Below, piece after piece: positions 13,885-28,400 of a stretch of 64,000 nucleotides of DNA. The stretch is from assembly GCA_964016885.1 (NCBI GenBank), contig OZ024747.1, positions 10,478,001 through 10,542,000 on the forward strand, read 5' to 3'. Within the stretch, counting starts at the first letter, position 1. Each line of letters begins with the position of its first letter. The position numbers and the translations under genes are program-made. A model generated the notes under the pieces. That model was not told where the DNA came from. It worked only from the letters and a program-made list of their open reading frames with translations, and did no database searches. This DNA comes from Eledone cirrhosa. Lineage: Eukaryota.

Positions 13885-14185
13885 CTGAACTGAGAGAGTA
13901 GGTTGGTAGTTAAGACATCAAATGATCTCTGAGGGGGTTGAACTGGTACAGACATGTGATGTGAATGGATGACATGGCTGATAAAATGTTCTATGATGGC
14001 GGTGGAGGAAGGAACCTGTGGAAGGGGAAAATTAAGGGGTACATACAAAAAAGTAGTGGGGTCAGATCTGGGGATGGTAAGAGGAGCATAGGGCACATAT
14101 TAGAAGACAGAAAATCAAGGTGAATAATGGTACAGGGCATAAGAAACCCACCCAACCCATGTTGACTTAGAAGTGATCATGATGG
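13885..14185 (+). mobile_element. RTE-clade LINE 3' fragment, degenerate
   Basis: Similar to 77-375: GAACTGAGAGAG..., TTGAACTGGTACAGACATGTGATGTGAATGGATGAC (LNWYRHVM*MDD), and CCAACCCATG before the tail. Confidence 0.55.
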
Positions 14186-14710
14186 TTCACTCTTCAGGTA
14201 TTGATATTGTCCATCAGGGTTCCCTCTGGCTGTCTTATAAGACATAGTGGTTCACTCTTCATAGACTACATCTGTGACAAAACTTCCAAGGGACTGAGAC
14301 AAATAGTGACAACACACAATGTAGCAGATCCTACCAACATCCCACCCCCACCCTAACACCAGCAAAGAAAGAAATATTAGAATGCTGCTGTTGATGATGA
14401 TGATGATGATGATGATAATATTGATAATACTTCCTGATTTAGACACAAGGCCAGCAATTTGAGGGGAGGAGAAAGTTGATTAAATCAACCCAGTACTTGA
14501 CTGGTACCTTATTTTATTGACCCCTGCAGATCCATCAATATATTTACTATAGTGTTAAGTGATCAATATATCCAGACATTGGTAAAATATCTTTAGGGAA
14601 AGCACGTGTCTTAGTGGTTAAGATGTTTGTAAGGTTGTGAATTCAATTCCTAGGCCAGGTGGAGTGTGTTGTGTCCTTCAACAAAATGGTTTATTATATA
14701 TATATATATA

Positions 14711-15053
14711 TCATCATCATCATCATCACCGTTTTACGTCCGTTCTTCCACGCTAGCATGGGTTAGACGGGTTGTCCTGTTGTGGGCAGTGTCTGGTCGG
14801 CTGACCATGCCTTGATCATACAGGAACTGATCTGGCTTGATTTCTACAGCTGGATGCCCTTCCTAACACCAACCTCATTTACAGTGAGTGCTGGGTGCTT
14901 TTTCGTGGCGCCTACACGTCCACTTTACAGTGTGGGCTGGGTGCTTTTTTGCCGTGGCACCTCCACGACCACCTTGCGGTGGTGGTGGGGGGGGGGGGAG
15001 TGGAGGCATATTGTTTATATGCTTCAGCATGTACCCATGGGAGGTCAGGTACC

Positions 15054-15056
<3 letters not shown>
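14711..15056 (-). mobile_element. SINE family B 3' part
   Basis: Reverse complement of 6771-6945; closely similar to 29786-30060. Confidence 0.78.
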
Positions 15057-15091
<35 letters not shown>

Positions 15092-15403
15092 TCATCAACG
15101 TCTAACGTCCGTGTTCCACATATATACACACATACATATGCTCTTTATTATAAGCAATGAAGTGACATCAGTCAGTTGAGGTCCAGAAGTTTCCTGCACA
15201 AAAGCCACTTAAGTGCTTTCAGTCTTGAGACTCTCGGTCGTTGAGTCACTCATGTAGTCTCACTCCAATAATAAAGTGTGTGCATATGTGTATGTGTTAT
15301 GTGTGCGTGTGAGAGTGTGTAACAGGTGGATTCCAGGTGTATATCGGGAAGTGATCACAGTTAAAAAAGGTACTTAATATGCTAGTAGAATATAGGCATC
15401 TTT

Positions 15404-15490
15404 ATTTAACTATAGAAAAGGCTTTCCTGATGATCTCTTAAAAATGAAACAGTTCTAGTCCTCCTGTAGAAGTAATTTCTATAATTAAAT
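15404..15490 (+). ncRNA. Degenerate hammerhead motif
   Basis: CTGATGA(15427)..GAAA-CAG ttctagtcctc CTG-TA|GAAG with poor stem II. Relatives at ~10270-10305 (+, partial) and ~56308-56352 (-). Confidence 0.4.
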
Positions 15491-16301
15491 GAAAATACAC
15501 ACACATACTCTTCCAATTTATTTTGTGTTAGAAAAACCATACAAATGTTACAGGTATTTGTCATATTGAACGTAAACAAGATTACATATTATCGAGACCA
15601 AGAACTTTGTTCAATCAACCATTCTCATAGAATGAGTTCCTAATTTTCTCAAGCCACAGAAGTGTGTGGTTGACCAAAGGGATAACTGGACAAAACCTTT
15701 AAGTCCAGATATGTAATCCAATTTATAGGGTTTAAATTTGACAAGAGGAGATGGCAGATGCTCTTTAGGGTAATCAGTAATGCAGTCACTTGAACTGCAA
15801 TAGGAGCCACTATCATTAAAACATCCAAGAAACCTCCTATGAGAAGCAACCTCTGATGAGATACAAACCTGCAGAGATGTAACCTGCAAATTTCATTACA
15901 TTTTTCATTTCAAGAGATTCAAAATTCAATTCCATTGGGAGAACTTGTTCCTTTTTTCTGTTCTAGATTAGTGCTGCGTGAATCTGGTTTTGAATAGGTA
16001 CAGCATATTCTTGCATGTCAGAAAGGCATTCTGTCATAAAATGGTCACTGTGGTGGGCATGAAACATGTGAAGGGACTCATAAGGTTAACTTCTGCTTTA
16101 CCAAAGCAGATATCCTTAAAACACTTGTTGTGTTGTTGTGTTAACACTTGAAATATCTTCTACAATCTTTATGTAAAATATCTTAGTAGTTAATTCATGA
16201 TTAGTATAAATATAAGTACACACACAACTACACACACACAACTACACATATACACACAGAGAGACAGAGATAAACAGAAATGTAAAGAAGACTTCACTGA
16301 C

Positions 16302-16331
16302 CTGTGTGTTGTAATGATAGTCCTGTCAAGT
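16302..16331 (-). CDS. SMAD4: SMAD4 30-nt microexon (D)LTGLSLQHT(A)
   Basis: ttgttattccag|ACTTGACAGGACTATCATTACAACACACAG|gtcagt, phase 1-1. Matches the DLSGLTLQ motif that follows MH1 in Co-Smads. Confidence 0.92.
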
Positions 16332-17534
16332 CTGGAATAACAACAACAAATATAAACACAAAGTTACAACCAATGGCTAAAGATTTCTAAATAAATAGTG
16401 TATATTAGTGGGGGTAGTAGTACTACAAGGGAAAGAACCCAGTCCACTTTGTAAAGTGGTTGTGCTGGTGCCATAACAAAAAGTACCCAATCCACTTTGT
16501 AAGGTGGTGGTGTTGGTGCCATGACAAAAAAAAGCATCCAGTCCACCCTGATAAGTGGTAGTGCTGGTGTCATGGCAAAAGCTCCTAGTACATGGTGTAA
16601 AGTGGTTGGCATTAGGAAAGGTATCCAGCCGTAGAAAAGCCACCCAAAATTGTATTGTATGATCAAGATGTGGTCACCTCACTTTTCTGTTGTCAATACA
16701 ATAAACTGTCTAATCCCAGCAAACAGAAAATAGATGTTAAACAGTGAGGTTGATGTTATGTGGCTGTACAATCGATGACCAGTTCAGAGTATTAATCATT
16801 ATGTTACCGTATTTCTATTGAAACACACTAATAGTAACATTCCTGCAACAATTAATTTTTTTTATACATCAAAAAACATTAAACATGACAAAAAAGTACA
16901 TTACTAGAAATGACGTTATAAAATAAATAGGATTGGTTGGGGTCTCAATATATGAATTAAATGACTAATTCTGGAGACAGCCAAGAAGAATTATCGATAC
17001 ACCCCCACCACCGCTTATTATTTGGGACCCATGAATATGTAGAATATTCCACATCTATCTACTTTGGTGAAAAATAGAAAATCTTATAATTCACTGCTAA
17101 TAATTCAGAAATATTTCAAGAGTTGTCTCCTCCTAGTTGCCAAAATAACATTAGTGATCCGGGTAACGTCTTTTGATTCACCACATTTCAAATGTAGTCG
17201 TTCCAATGTAAATAACTATAACAATAGTCATCAACTATGTATAATATTTAAGAAAATCAGGTATAGTAGACCTGGTGACAGGTGAAAGTGAAAAGAGGAG
17301 ACTTTGAGGAACGAAGACCTCACATCACATAAGATGATGGCCGAGTGTGTCAGTCATTATGTTAAGGGCTCCCTGACCACCAATCGTCATCTTTTTAGAA
17401 GATTTAAAGCCTGTAACTAGAAGTGTCAACATCCGACTGACTTAAGAAACACTGAGAAATATTGAATTGACTTTAGTAATAGTTAATCAATCAGAATAAA
17501 TAATTGAGAAAATTGGGTAAACTACTCCAGGAGT

Positions 17535-17715
17535 TAGATTGGCAGCAGAATCGGTAGAGCGTCGGACAACATGCTTTGCGGCATAGAGTTACGCCCCTTT
17601 ACATTCCAAGTTCAACTCCTGTCGAGGTTAACTTTGCCTTTCGTCCTTACAGGGTCGACAAAATAAAGTACCAGTAATGCACTAGGATTGATTTATCGAG
17701 TTGCCTGTTCCCTTC
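17535..17715 (+). mobile_element. SINE family A
   Basis: Same head and central domain as the other family A copies. Confidence 0.75.
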
Positions 17716-17914
17716 AAATACCGTGTTGAATACACACAGAACCTGTGAGACCCCACCCCACACACTGTCACACATGTATATAGTGTCAAGAGAGAGGGGG
17801 AGCGCCAAGTGAAAGATATGTTCATAGATAGAGAGAGAAAAGGAATATCAAGAGAGAGAGAGAGAGAGAGAGTATGTGACAGAATGAGGGAGAAGACATT
17901 ACCCTTATCTAGTA

Positions 17915-18134
17915 ATAATGGTTTCTGATTAAGGCACAAGGCCAGCAATTTTGGGGAAGGGGAAAGTCGATTAAATCGTCCCGTGCGTGACTGGTACTTT
18001 ATTTTATCGACCCCCGTAAGGATGAAAGGCAAAGTTAACCTCGACGGGATTTGAACTCAGATCATAAAGGGCCATAACTCTATGCTGCAAAGCATGGCGT
18101 CCGATTCTCTACCGATACTGCCAATCCACCGCCC
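17915..18134 (-). mobile_element. SINE family A, full length
   Basis: Head GGGCGGTGGATTGGCAGTATCGGTAG; degenerate TSD cttatctagtaataat / ctcatctggtaataat. Confidence 0.85.
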
Positions 18135-18137
18135 TCA

Positions 18138-18392
<255 letters not shown>

Positions 18393-18469
18393 CTAACAGA
18401 GAAAAGAGAACACCAACGGATGAGGAACTGTAGACAAAAGAGAAGATCAGTGGATGAAGAACACAACTT

Positions 18470-18915
18470 GAGATAGAACCATGAATTTATAATACAACCC
18501 TGGATTTATAATACATAACTGCTCATTTTAAAATCATCATAATTTTATTTTAGAAATTTTTGTTAAATAATGTTTTAAAAACCAGGCTACTAAAGAAAAA
18601 TGTATCTATTTTATTAAATTCCTCCAAATTTTTAGTTATTTACAACATTTATCGAAACACACAGGCCGTATATATTATTATAACTAATGTTTTAAATATC
18701 AGCTAAGCAAAAAACTTACTTATTTTACTAAATTCCTCCAAATTTTTAGATATTTACAACATTTATCGAAAAAACACAGGCTGTGTCTTTCATTAGCTAT
18801 ATGGTAATGAAAGGGTTAATGACACAGGCTGAGTCTTTCATTAGCTATATGGTAATGAAAGGGTTAATGACACAGGCTGAGTCTTTCATTAGATATATGG
18901 TAAAGAAAGGCTCAA
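18470..18915. mobile_element. MITE family 2 copy with an internal duplication and triplicated terminus
   Basis: ACACAGGCTG.GTCTTTCATTAGCTATATGGTAATGAAAGGGTTAAT repeated about three times (18775-18915); 18608-18667 duplicated at 18722-18781. Confidence 0.55.
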
Positions 18916-19258
18916 TGGAACTTTACAACATGAGAGAATGATACCAGACTTCAACCACATAACTATCTTGACTGTTGTGACATTAATCATTACTTTATGG
19001 AACAGTGTTGACATTATCTCAAATTAGATACTGTAGAATGTTTACACTAACCCCCCCCCCCCCCACACACACACAATAAACACAGGATAGGGTCAAATTA
19101 GAACTCATGAAACTGTTTCTATGATTGAACAGTATTGATATTGGGTAACCTCATTGTTAAGGTATTGGGGATATATTGATATTAGGTTAACACATTAACA
19201 ACTTATTTGGGACTCAACAACAACAAACACATTGACAATGTCAACATATCAACATTAA

Positions 19259-20742
19259 CCATTTTGGTACCAATCTGCCTAGAACCAGGTTTAGGTCCAT
19301 TATGGTACCAATCTGCCTAGAACCAGGTTTAGGTCCATTTTGGTACCAATCTGCCTAGAAGCAGGTTTAGGTCCATTTTGGTACCAATCTGCCTAGAAGC
19401 AGGTTTAGGTCCATTTTGGTACCAATCTGCCTAGAGGCAGGTTTAGGTCCATTTTGGTACCAATCTGCCTAGAACCAGGTTTAGGTCCATTTTGGTACCA
19501 ATCTGCCTAGAACCAGGTTTAGGTCCATTTTGGTACCAATCTGCCTAGAGGCAGGTTTAGGTCCATTTTGGTACCAATCTGCCTAGAACCAGGTTTAGGT
19601 CCATTTTGGTACCAATCTGCCTAGAAGCAGGTTTAGGTCCATTTTGGTACCAATCTGCCTAGAGGCAGGTTTAGGTCCATTTTGGTACCAATCTGCCTAG
19701 AGGCAGGTTTAGGTCCATTTTGGTACCAATCTGCCTAGAACCAGGTTTGGGTCCATTTTGGTACCAATCTGCCTAGAACCAGGTTTGGGTCCATTATGGT
19801 ACCAATCTGCCTAGAACCAGGTTTGGGTCCATTTTGGTACCAATCTGCCTAGAACCAGGTTTGGGTCCATTATGGTACCAATCTGCCTAGAACCAGGTTT
19901 GGGTCCATTTTGGTACCAATCTGCCTAGAACCAGGTTTGGGTCCATTTTGGTACCAATCTGCCTAGAACCAGGTTTGGGTCCATTTTGGTACCAATCTGC
20001 CTAGAACCAGGTTTGGGTCCATTTTGGTACCAATCTGCCTAGAACCAGGTTTGGGTCCATTTTGGTACCAATCTGCCTAGAACCAGGTTTAGGTCCATTT
20101 TGGTACCAATCTGCCTAGAACCAGGTTTAGGTCCATTTTGGTACCAATCTGCCTAGAACCAGGTTTAGGTCCATTTTGGTACCAATCTGCCTAGAACCAG
20201 GTTTGGGTCCATTATGGTACCAATCTGCCTAGAACCAGGTTTGGGTCCATTATGGTACCAATCTGCCTAGAACCAGGTTTGGGTCCATTATGGTACCAAT
20301 CTGCCTAGAACCAGGTTTGGGTCCATTTTGGTACCAATCTGCCTAGAACCAGGTTTGGGTCCATTATGGTACCAATCTGCCTAGAACCAGGTTTGGGTCC
20401 ATTTTGGTACCAATCTGCCTAGAACCAGGTTTGGGTCCATTTTGGTACCAATCTGCCTAGAACCAGGTTTAGGTCCATTTTGGTACCAATCTGCCTAGAA
20501 CCAGGTTTAGGTCCATTTTGGTACCAATCTGCCTAGAACCAGGTTTGGGTCCATTATGGTACCAATCTGCCTAGAACCAGGTTTGGGTCCATTTTGGTAC
20601 CAATCTGCCTAGAACCAGGTTTGGGTCCATTATGGTACCAATCTGCCTAGAACCAGGTTTGGGTCCATTTTGGTACCAATCTGCCTAGAACCAGGTTTGG
20701 GTCCATTTTGGTACCAATCTGCCTAGAACCAGGTTTGGGTCC
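19259..20742. repeat. 38-bp minisatellite, ~39 copies
   Basis: Unit CCATTTTGGTACCAATCTGCCTAGAACCAGGTTT(A/G)GGT. Confidence 0.97.
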
Positions 20743-20943
20743 GTGAAACAAAAACCTCACTTTTTTAATGGGTTCCTATTCTAATTAAAATATTCCAGAT
20801 TCTGCCAATCCACCTAATTAAAATATTCCAGCCATATGTTAAATCTCACAAAAATCTTAATTTATTGGAATATTTCATTAATATAACAATTAAACAATCA
20901 ATATATATATATATATCCATCTATCTTTCTCTCCCTCTCCCTG

Positions 20944-20982
<39 letters not shown>

Positions 20983-21009
20983 CTGTCTATCTCTCTCTCC
21001 CTCTCTCTG

Positions 21010-21050
<41 letters not shown>

Positions 21051-21158
21051 CTGTCTATCTCTCTTCCTGTCTTCCCTCTCTCATGCACACTCTCTCTCCC
21101 ACTCTGTCAGATGCTTACCTTTTCTATCTCTCACTCACTCTCTCTCCCAGACACTTAC

Positions 21159-21407
21159 CTGAAGCCGGCCATCGAGGGTGCGCTGTATTGTGACACATTT
21201 CGTAGGGTGAGCGCCGTTTGTCGTAATCGCAGTAATCAAACTGTCCAGCTCGTCACGTTTCTCCTTCAGCTTCTTCACCAAGCTCTCAATCGCTCTCTTC
21301 GCAAAGCTCTCGCTTTCACCGCCTTGCCGGTGACACATCAGACTGTGGACAATGCTGAGGCAGGCGTCTGCGGACGTCGGCGCCTGGCTGGTTATCGCAG
21401 TGTGCAT
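21159..21407 (-). CDS. SMAD4: SMAD4/Medea first coding exon (MH1 N-terminal half), 249 nt
   Basis: Translates [83 protein letters not shown], the Co-Smad MH1 signature. Ends CAG|GTAAGT in phase 0. ATG at 21407; a possible acceptor for the 5' UTR part lies at 21632-21633. Confidence 0.97.
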
Positions 21408-21769
21408 GATGTCCGTTGCCCTCACCACCCGAGCGGTAGCGGTGGGGGTGGGAGGAGGAGGTAGGCGATAGAGGGAGAGGTGGAGGTGAAGGAAGAGACA
21501 AAGACAAACACTTGAAAGGGGGGTCAGGACAGAATAATAGGGGGAAAAAAAACAGGTGTGCAGGGAGTGGGGTGGGGTGGGGGACAAGTGGTGCAGGTGG
21601 GGGAGGGGTGTTTACTGTCTTTTTACAGTTGCTACGACCAAGAAGATTAAACAATTTAATGAGACTAAAAGTGATCGTTCACCAACATAGGTATGTGCTG
21701 TTCACCACACCATATACTGGTAGTGGTCAGCAGCACATGTAAGTACTGTACACCAACATAGACATATGT

Positions 21770-22052
21770 CGTTCACCAGTAGAGATATTTGCTGTTCACC
21801 AACATAGGTATATTTTGTTCACCAATTCAGGTATTTCTCGTTCACCAATTCAGGTATTTCTCGTTCACCAATTCAGGTATTTCTCGTTCACCAATACAGG
21901 TATATTCTGTTCACCAATACAGGTATATTCTGTTCACCAATACAGGTATATTCTGTTCACCAATACAGGTATATTCTGTTCACCAATACAGGTATATTCT
22001 GTTCACCAATACAGGTATATTCTGTTCACCAATATAGGTATATGTCGTTCAC
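21770..22052. repeat. 23-bp minisatellite
   Basis: GTTCACCAATACAGGTATATTCT repeated about 12 times. Confidence 0.93.
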
Positions 22053-22117
22053 CACCACGTGTATGTACAAACTGCAATGAAAAATAAAAATAAAACAGTA
22101 AACAGGTTATACATAAA

Positions 22118-22322
22118 ATAATTGTTCTACTTTAGGCACAAGGCCAGCAATTTGGGGGAGAGAGAAAGTCAATTAAATCGGCCCCAGTGCTTTACTGGTA
22201 CTTTATTATATCGATCCTGAAAGGATGAAAAGCAAAGCTAATGTCACCGGGATTTGAACTTAGAACGTAAAGGGCCCTAACTCTGTGTCCGATGCTCTAC
22301 GGATTCTGCCAATCCACCACCC
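22118..22322 (-). mobile_element. SINE family A
   Basis: Colinear with 17915-18134. Confidence 0.8.
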
Positions 22323-22473
22323 TATACACATAATAATACATGTGTGCGTGTGATTGTAAAGAGAGTGTGTATATGTGTGTGTGTAGGAGTACATAAAGAG
22401 AGACTAACAATACATATAACACAATACAAGATAAAGAATAAAGGTTTTATACACATACAACACCATAAATACA

Positions 22474-22509
<36 letters not shown>

Positions 22510-22812
22510 CATAACATAAATGTGGTATTAATCTCACTCACAAACACATATATATAACAAGAGAACATTAAATACAACAAACACACACACATGCAAACAG
22601 ACACAAAGAAATTCATATATTTATCTGTAGATTCTACAGAGAAACACACAAATTAAACCTGTTTACATGTTCAAATACATGTTAAAAATGTGTTTCCCTA
22701 CATATTTCTCACAGCTTCAGTTAAAAACCTGTACAAATGTCTATAAAGATATGAATTTATAATATACATCAGTATATCTTAGTGCACACCTTAAGACATG
22801 TGTGTTATATAT

Positions 22813-22872
<60 letters not shown>

Positions 22873-23730
22873 ATATTTCAATATATCATTTCATATTTCA
22901 AAACCCTTGCGAAACAAATATATTTATAAATTAATCTGATTAGAATAAGAGAAGGTTGAACTGGTGATGTTCTCTGGTAAAGTTTTATTGTTGTACAATC
23001 ACTATATATATTTCAATGACCTGGTTACGTAAGATCTGGGAGACATCATCAGGTGTGAATTGCATAATTAGTTAATCAATAAAGGAATTACGGCAAGCAC
23101 AAACAGAAAACACAGAAAAAATATTTGATTCAGAGATGGCCCGCCACCTAGGTATTATTGTTGCTGCAGACAACCCCCCAATTTAAATTGGAAACTTAAA
23201 ATTAAAATGAGTGGTTTTATTTCATAGAACCAGAGCTGGTCTTGGCTGGGTTGGTAACTAAACGGTTAACTAAAAGTAGTATAAATGTGAAGACGAGGAA
23301 ACAATCACACACATCCATGCTAGCTTGGAAGATAGACGTTAAACGATGATGATGATGACACCGTGAGTTTCCACAGTTTCCCTCTACTAAATTTCACTCA
23401 CAGTCAGTTTTTACCTAAAGACAGAAGACACTTTCCCAAGGTACCATGCATTAATATTGAACGCAAAACAACATGGTCGCAATGCAAACTTCTTAACTGC
23501 GCAGCCACGTCTGTAACAAATGGTGTGTAAAAGATGTCCAGACAGTTTTATATGGTGTAGTTGTCTCGAGACAATTTAGAACTACAGATAGTGTGTAGGT
23601 GTAACTGTTATTGTTTTTCTACACCTTTAGTTAATTTAGCTTCAAACAGAACAGACAATGTGTAGGTGTACTTGCTGTTGCTGCGGCGGTGGTGGTCACC
23701 ATTGTTAATAAGCGGCTTTGTTTGTGTCTG

Positions 23731-24660
23731 ATTAACCCTTTCGTTAGCGTATTTCTCATGAAATACTTTGTATTTGAATTAATTAACTAATTAATTAAGA
23801 AATTGTCAAGTATTTACTAACATTATTTCATTACAATGTCATTTGTAACATAATAAAATGTTCTTATATAATATTATGAATGGAAGATTTTAATTGAAGA
23901 ACCTTTTAAAATGGACGGTTTTGTTACATAGTACCAGGGGTGGGTTTGTTACATAGTACCAGGGGTGGGTTTGTTACATAGTACCAGGGGTGGTTTTGTT
24001 ACATAGTACCAGGGGTGGTTTTGTTACATAGTACCAGGGGTGGTTTTGTTACATAGTACCAGGGGTAGGTTTGTTACATAGTACCAGGAGTGGGTTTGTT
24101 ACATAGTACCAGGAGTGGGTTTGTTACATAGTACCAGGGGTGGTTTTGTTACATAGTACCAGGGGTGGTTTTGTTACATAGTACCAGGAGTGGGTTTGTT
24201 ACATAGTACCAGGGGTGGTTTTGTTACATAGTACCAGGGATGGGTTTGTTACATAGTACCAGGGGTGGGTTTGTTACATAGTACCAGGGGCGGTTTTGTT
24301 ACATAGTACCAGGGGCGGTTTTGTTACATAGTACCAGGGGTGGTTTTGTATCCTAGAACCAGAGGGGGTTTTGTTACATAGTACCAGGGGTGGGTTTTGT
24401 TACATAGTACCAGGAGTGGTTTTGTATCCTAGAACCAGAGGGGGTTTTGTTACATAGTACCAGGGGTGGGTTTTGTTACATAGTACCAGGGGTGGTTTTG
24501 TTACATAGAACCAGGGGTGGTTTTGTTACATAGTACCAGAGGTGGTTTTGTTACATAGTACCAGGGGTGGGTTTTGTTACACAGAACCAGGGGTGGTTTT
24601 GTTACATAGTAGCAGGAATAGTTTTGTATCCTAGAACTAGAGGTGGTTTTGTTACATAGA
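23731..24660. mobile_element. TTAA-ended MITE family 2 copy ending in a 25-bp minisatellite
   Basis: Starts TTAACCCTTTCGTTAGCGTATTTCT, has an AT-rich body, then GAAGATTTTAATT...TTTTAAAATGGACGG runs directly into the array. Confidence 0.6.
23921..24660. repeat. 25-bp minisatellite, ~29 copies
   Basis: Unit TTGTTACATAGTACCAGGGGTGG(G/T)T. Confidence 0.97.
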
Positions 24661-25661
24661 CTGCCACACAGGGATTCACACACATACATACTGATAGACA
24701 CACATTCACATATATCCACACACACTGACATATACAGACATACACACATTCACATATACAGACTTTTAAAGAATATCATTTAGAAAGCAATTAGTTTCCA
24801 GATAGAGAATACCTTCTTTGACTGCTCTCAAAATATGGGTTTTGTTCAGGATAACCTTTTAACATTAGGAAAGATGACAAAGAAAAATAGCACTTTAAAT
24901 TATTGATTTCACTGCCAGAACAATGGACCAGTTACTGTAAGACACTCAAAACTACATGATTAAATTCACATTTTGTTTGTTGTTTATTCTTCTCAAAACA
25001 TACAAATTATGGACAAAATTCTATCAGAGATGCCAATTTTCCACTCTCGAAAAACAACAACTACAATTTCACAATTCAATTCAAGCTAATTTTCTAATCA
25101 ATAAAAATTAAAATTGAACGTCCATCATAGAATGATTTGTGTGTCTGAATTCTTTCTTTTCCCCGCCATCTTTAAAGGGGGGGAAAAAAACAACAAACAA
25201 ACAAAAAACTCTCAGCATTTGTTGCCAGGGCTTGTTTCACTAGTTTCAGCTCTGGTACATTAATGCTACCATTAGATATGCTGGTCCCCTCCAACCATTA
25301 TGGATTGAAAGAAAATTTAAAAGAAAGTTGAAAATAAAAAAAAGTTTTTTTTTCCCAAAATGGCAGTTTTATTTTTAGAAGGCAAAAAATTAATAATAAT
25401 AAAAATTAAAAAAAGAATAAAGGGAAGAAAAAGAAGAAAGACTCAGCTTAAAGTCAAAAGAGTTTTGACCATTGTAAAGTAACTTATAGCTACAATACTG
25501 TTTTATTGAAGCATAACCATAATAGGCCATAGGTATATATAGATGTGTGTGTATATATATATATATATGTGTATATAAAAGGTAAACAGAAATAACAACA
25601 CAATCGGTACAGTATATGGAAGGAATATATTAGGTTAACGCTTGATATAACAGGAAGAGAG

Positions 25662-25697
25662 TCTTAACGTTTCGGACGCTTGTCTTTCATCAGAAGA
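25662..25697 (-). ncRNA. Minimal hammerhead-like motif in a Penelope-like repeat
   Basis: TCTT-CTGATGA-aagac aagc gtcc-GAAACGTT-AAGA; palindromic AACGTT. Related copy at 49627-49662 (CTGAAGA-agga ctatca tcc-GAAACGTT-AAGG). Confidence 0.5.
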
Positions 25698-26497
25698 AAG
25701 AATGAGAAATAAGATAGATTAGGGGACAGGCGGGTTGGAATTGGAAAAAAATATCTTTAGATAAAAATAACAGGTCCATTCATGTTGACATCTCTTAACT
25801 CTTTAAAATTTACACACACAGACATTTCTTATTTCAGTCATGTTCCTACAATAAGTCCACTTTTCAATCACAAAGACCTGGGTTCTAACCCTACATTTGT
25901 CCCTGTAAATAGATATTTCTCCAAAGTTACTCCTACATTTAACCCTGTATGTCCTTTGTATATATATACTGTACATATATACTGAATATTTATGTATAAT
26001 TATATCTTAGATATAAATTTTTTACTATCATTCTTATCTTTAATCACTTCCACAGGTCAGAAATCAACAAAAACTATAGGGTTTCTCTTATGTAAACTAT
26101 TAATTTATCAAGACTTAAGTGTCCAGTTTGTATGGTTGTTCCTATATTCTGGTAATCCTGGTGTATATGACCCCAACAATGGACTCTAAACATTTAATAC
26201 ATTCAATGGTATTGACATCTTTATTGACGGCCTCGTCCACTATTGACATGACGGCATGGGTCTACTTTCCATCCCCCAAAGTTGCTGGCCTTCTACCTCA
26301 ATCAAAAACTATTATTATTATTATAAGTGTTAGTAGTAGTAGTTGTGGTAGTGATAGTCTTGGTAGCAGTGGTAGTAGTAGTAGTAGTAGTAATGGATGG
26401 TGGTAATAACATTAAATGACACAAAATTTATTACAAAAAAACAAATGATGATGATAAAGATGTAAATTTTAGAGTATTACTGGCAACACTGGCAGTG

Positions 26498-27630
26498 TCA
26501 CCACCACTACTACTACCACCACCACCACCACCACCACCATCACTACTACTACCACTAATACTACTACTACCACCACCACTGCTGCTGCTACTACTACCAC
26601 CATCACCACCACCACCACCACCATCACTACTACTACCACTAATACTACTACTACCACCACCACCACCGCTGCTGCTGCTGCTACTACTACCACCATCACC
26701 ACCACCACTACTACTACCACCACCCACTGCTGCTGCTACTACTACTACCACCACCTCCACCATCATCATCATCAACACCACCACTACAACAACTACCACC
26801 ACCACTATGATTATCATCAGTTCCATCATCGCCACTATTACCACCATAATCATCATCACCACTATCTCCACCATCACCCTCATTACCACCATCATCATCA
26901 TATCATCATCACCAACATCACCACTATTTCCATCATCACCACCACCACTGCCACCACTCCAACCACCATTAACACTATGATTATCATCATTATCATCCAA
27001 TGGTGATAAAAGTTGATATTAAGTATAGCACCACCACCACCACCACTACCTACCAATACTTCCACCATCACCATCACCACCACCACCACCACCATTACCA
27101 ATAGCAGCAGTAACACCACCACCACAACTACTACTAATACTTCTACCATCATCACCACCACCACCACTACCAATAGCAGCAGTAAACCACCACCACCACC
27201 ACTACCAATACTTCTACCATCATCACCACCACCACCACCCACCATTACCAATAGCAGCAGTAACACCACCACCACTACTACCAATACTTCTACCATCATC
27301 ATCACCACCACCACCACCACTACTACCATACTTCATACATCATCATCACACCACCACCACCCATTACCACAAATAGCAGCAGTAACACCACCACCACCAC
27401 TACTACTACCAATACTTCTACCATCATCATCACCACCACCACCACCACCACCACCACCACCACCACCACCACCACACTACTACTACCATACTTCTACCAT
27501 CATCATCACCACCACCACCACCATTACCACAAATAGCAGCAGTAACACCACCACCACCACTACTACTACCAATACTTCTACCATCATCATCATCATCACC
27601 ACCACCACCACCACCACCACCACCACCAAC
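26498..27630. repeat. (CCA/CTA/TCA)n low-complexity block
   Basis: Triplet repeats with recurring CCAATACTTCTACCATCATC and AATAGCAGCAGTAAC. Confidence 0.9.
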
Positions 27631-27933
27631 AGCAGCAGTCAATTGTGATAAAGTTGATAGTGAGTATAACTGTAGCAGTAGCAGCAGCAGCAGGCTGATA
27701 GGACAGTGATTCCAATTTAAAGATCCACAAGTCTCCAGGTTGACTGAGAGATTCAGGAGGTTGGTGCCACCTCGTCTGTAAAAACACTTTTATTTCCCTA
27801 TACACATGCATACATTATCTAGACAAACACCCATTCCACACACACACATATAGAATTACACTAGGCACACACACATAATCACACTATACAATAGACACAA
27901 GCACACACCTATATATATATATATTTATATATA

Positions 27934-27968
<35 letters not shown>

Positions 27969-28349
27969 ATATATATATACTCTGTGTGTGTGGGTGTGTA
28001 TTTTCCCCTTACAAAATGAGATGACAATGTTTTTATATTGGGAAACCACTAACCAGCCCCCACCCATCACAAACCAGCTCCCTCACCATCAGTAACCTAC
28101 CCCACTAGCACCAACCAGCTCCCCCACCGTCACAAACCGGCCCCACCCTGCTACTGGCTCCTTCTCATCTACCTCTACCAACCACCCTCACACCTCTCAA
28201 ATAATTTTCTGCTGATAAAATGATATTGAAAATTAAATTTGAAAGAAAGCAGATAAACTACAAGCACATTTATATATTAGCGCGCGTGTGTGTGTGTGTG
28301 GTGTGTGTGTGTGTGGTGTAATCATCATCATCATCATCATCTCTCTCTC

Positions 28350-28400
<51 letters not shown>

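Noticed and set aside
19259-20742. Regular 38-bp repeats suggesting a CRISPR array
   Set aside because: No unique spacers, eukaryotic context and no cas genes; it is a head-to-tail minisatellite.
20865-21464. 199-aa plus-strand ORF
   Set aside because: Antisense shadow of the GC-rich SMAD4 exon plus microsatellite.
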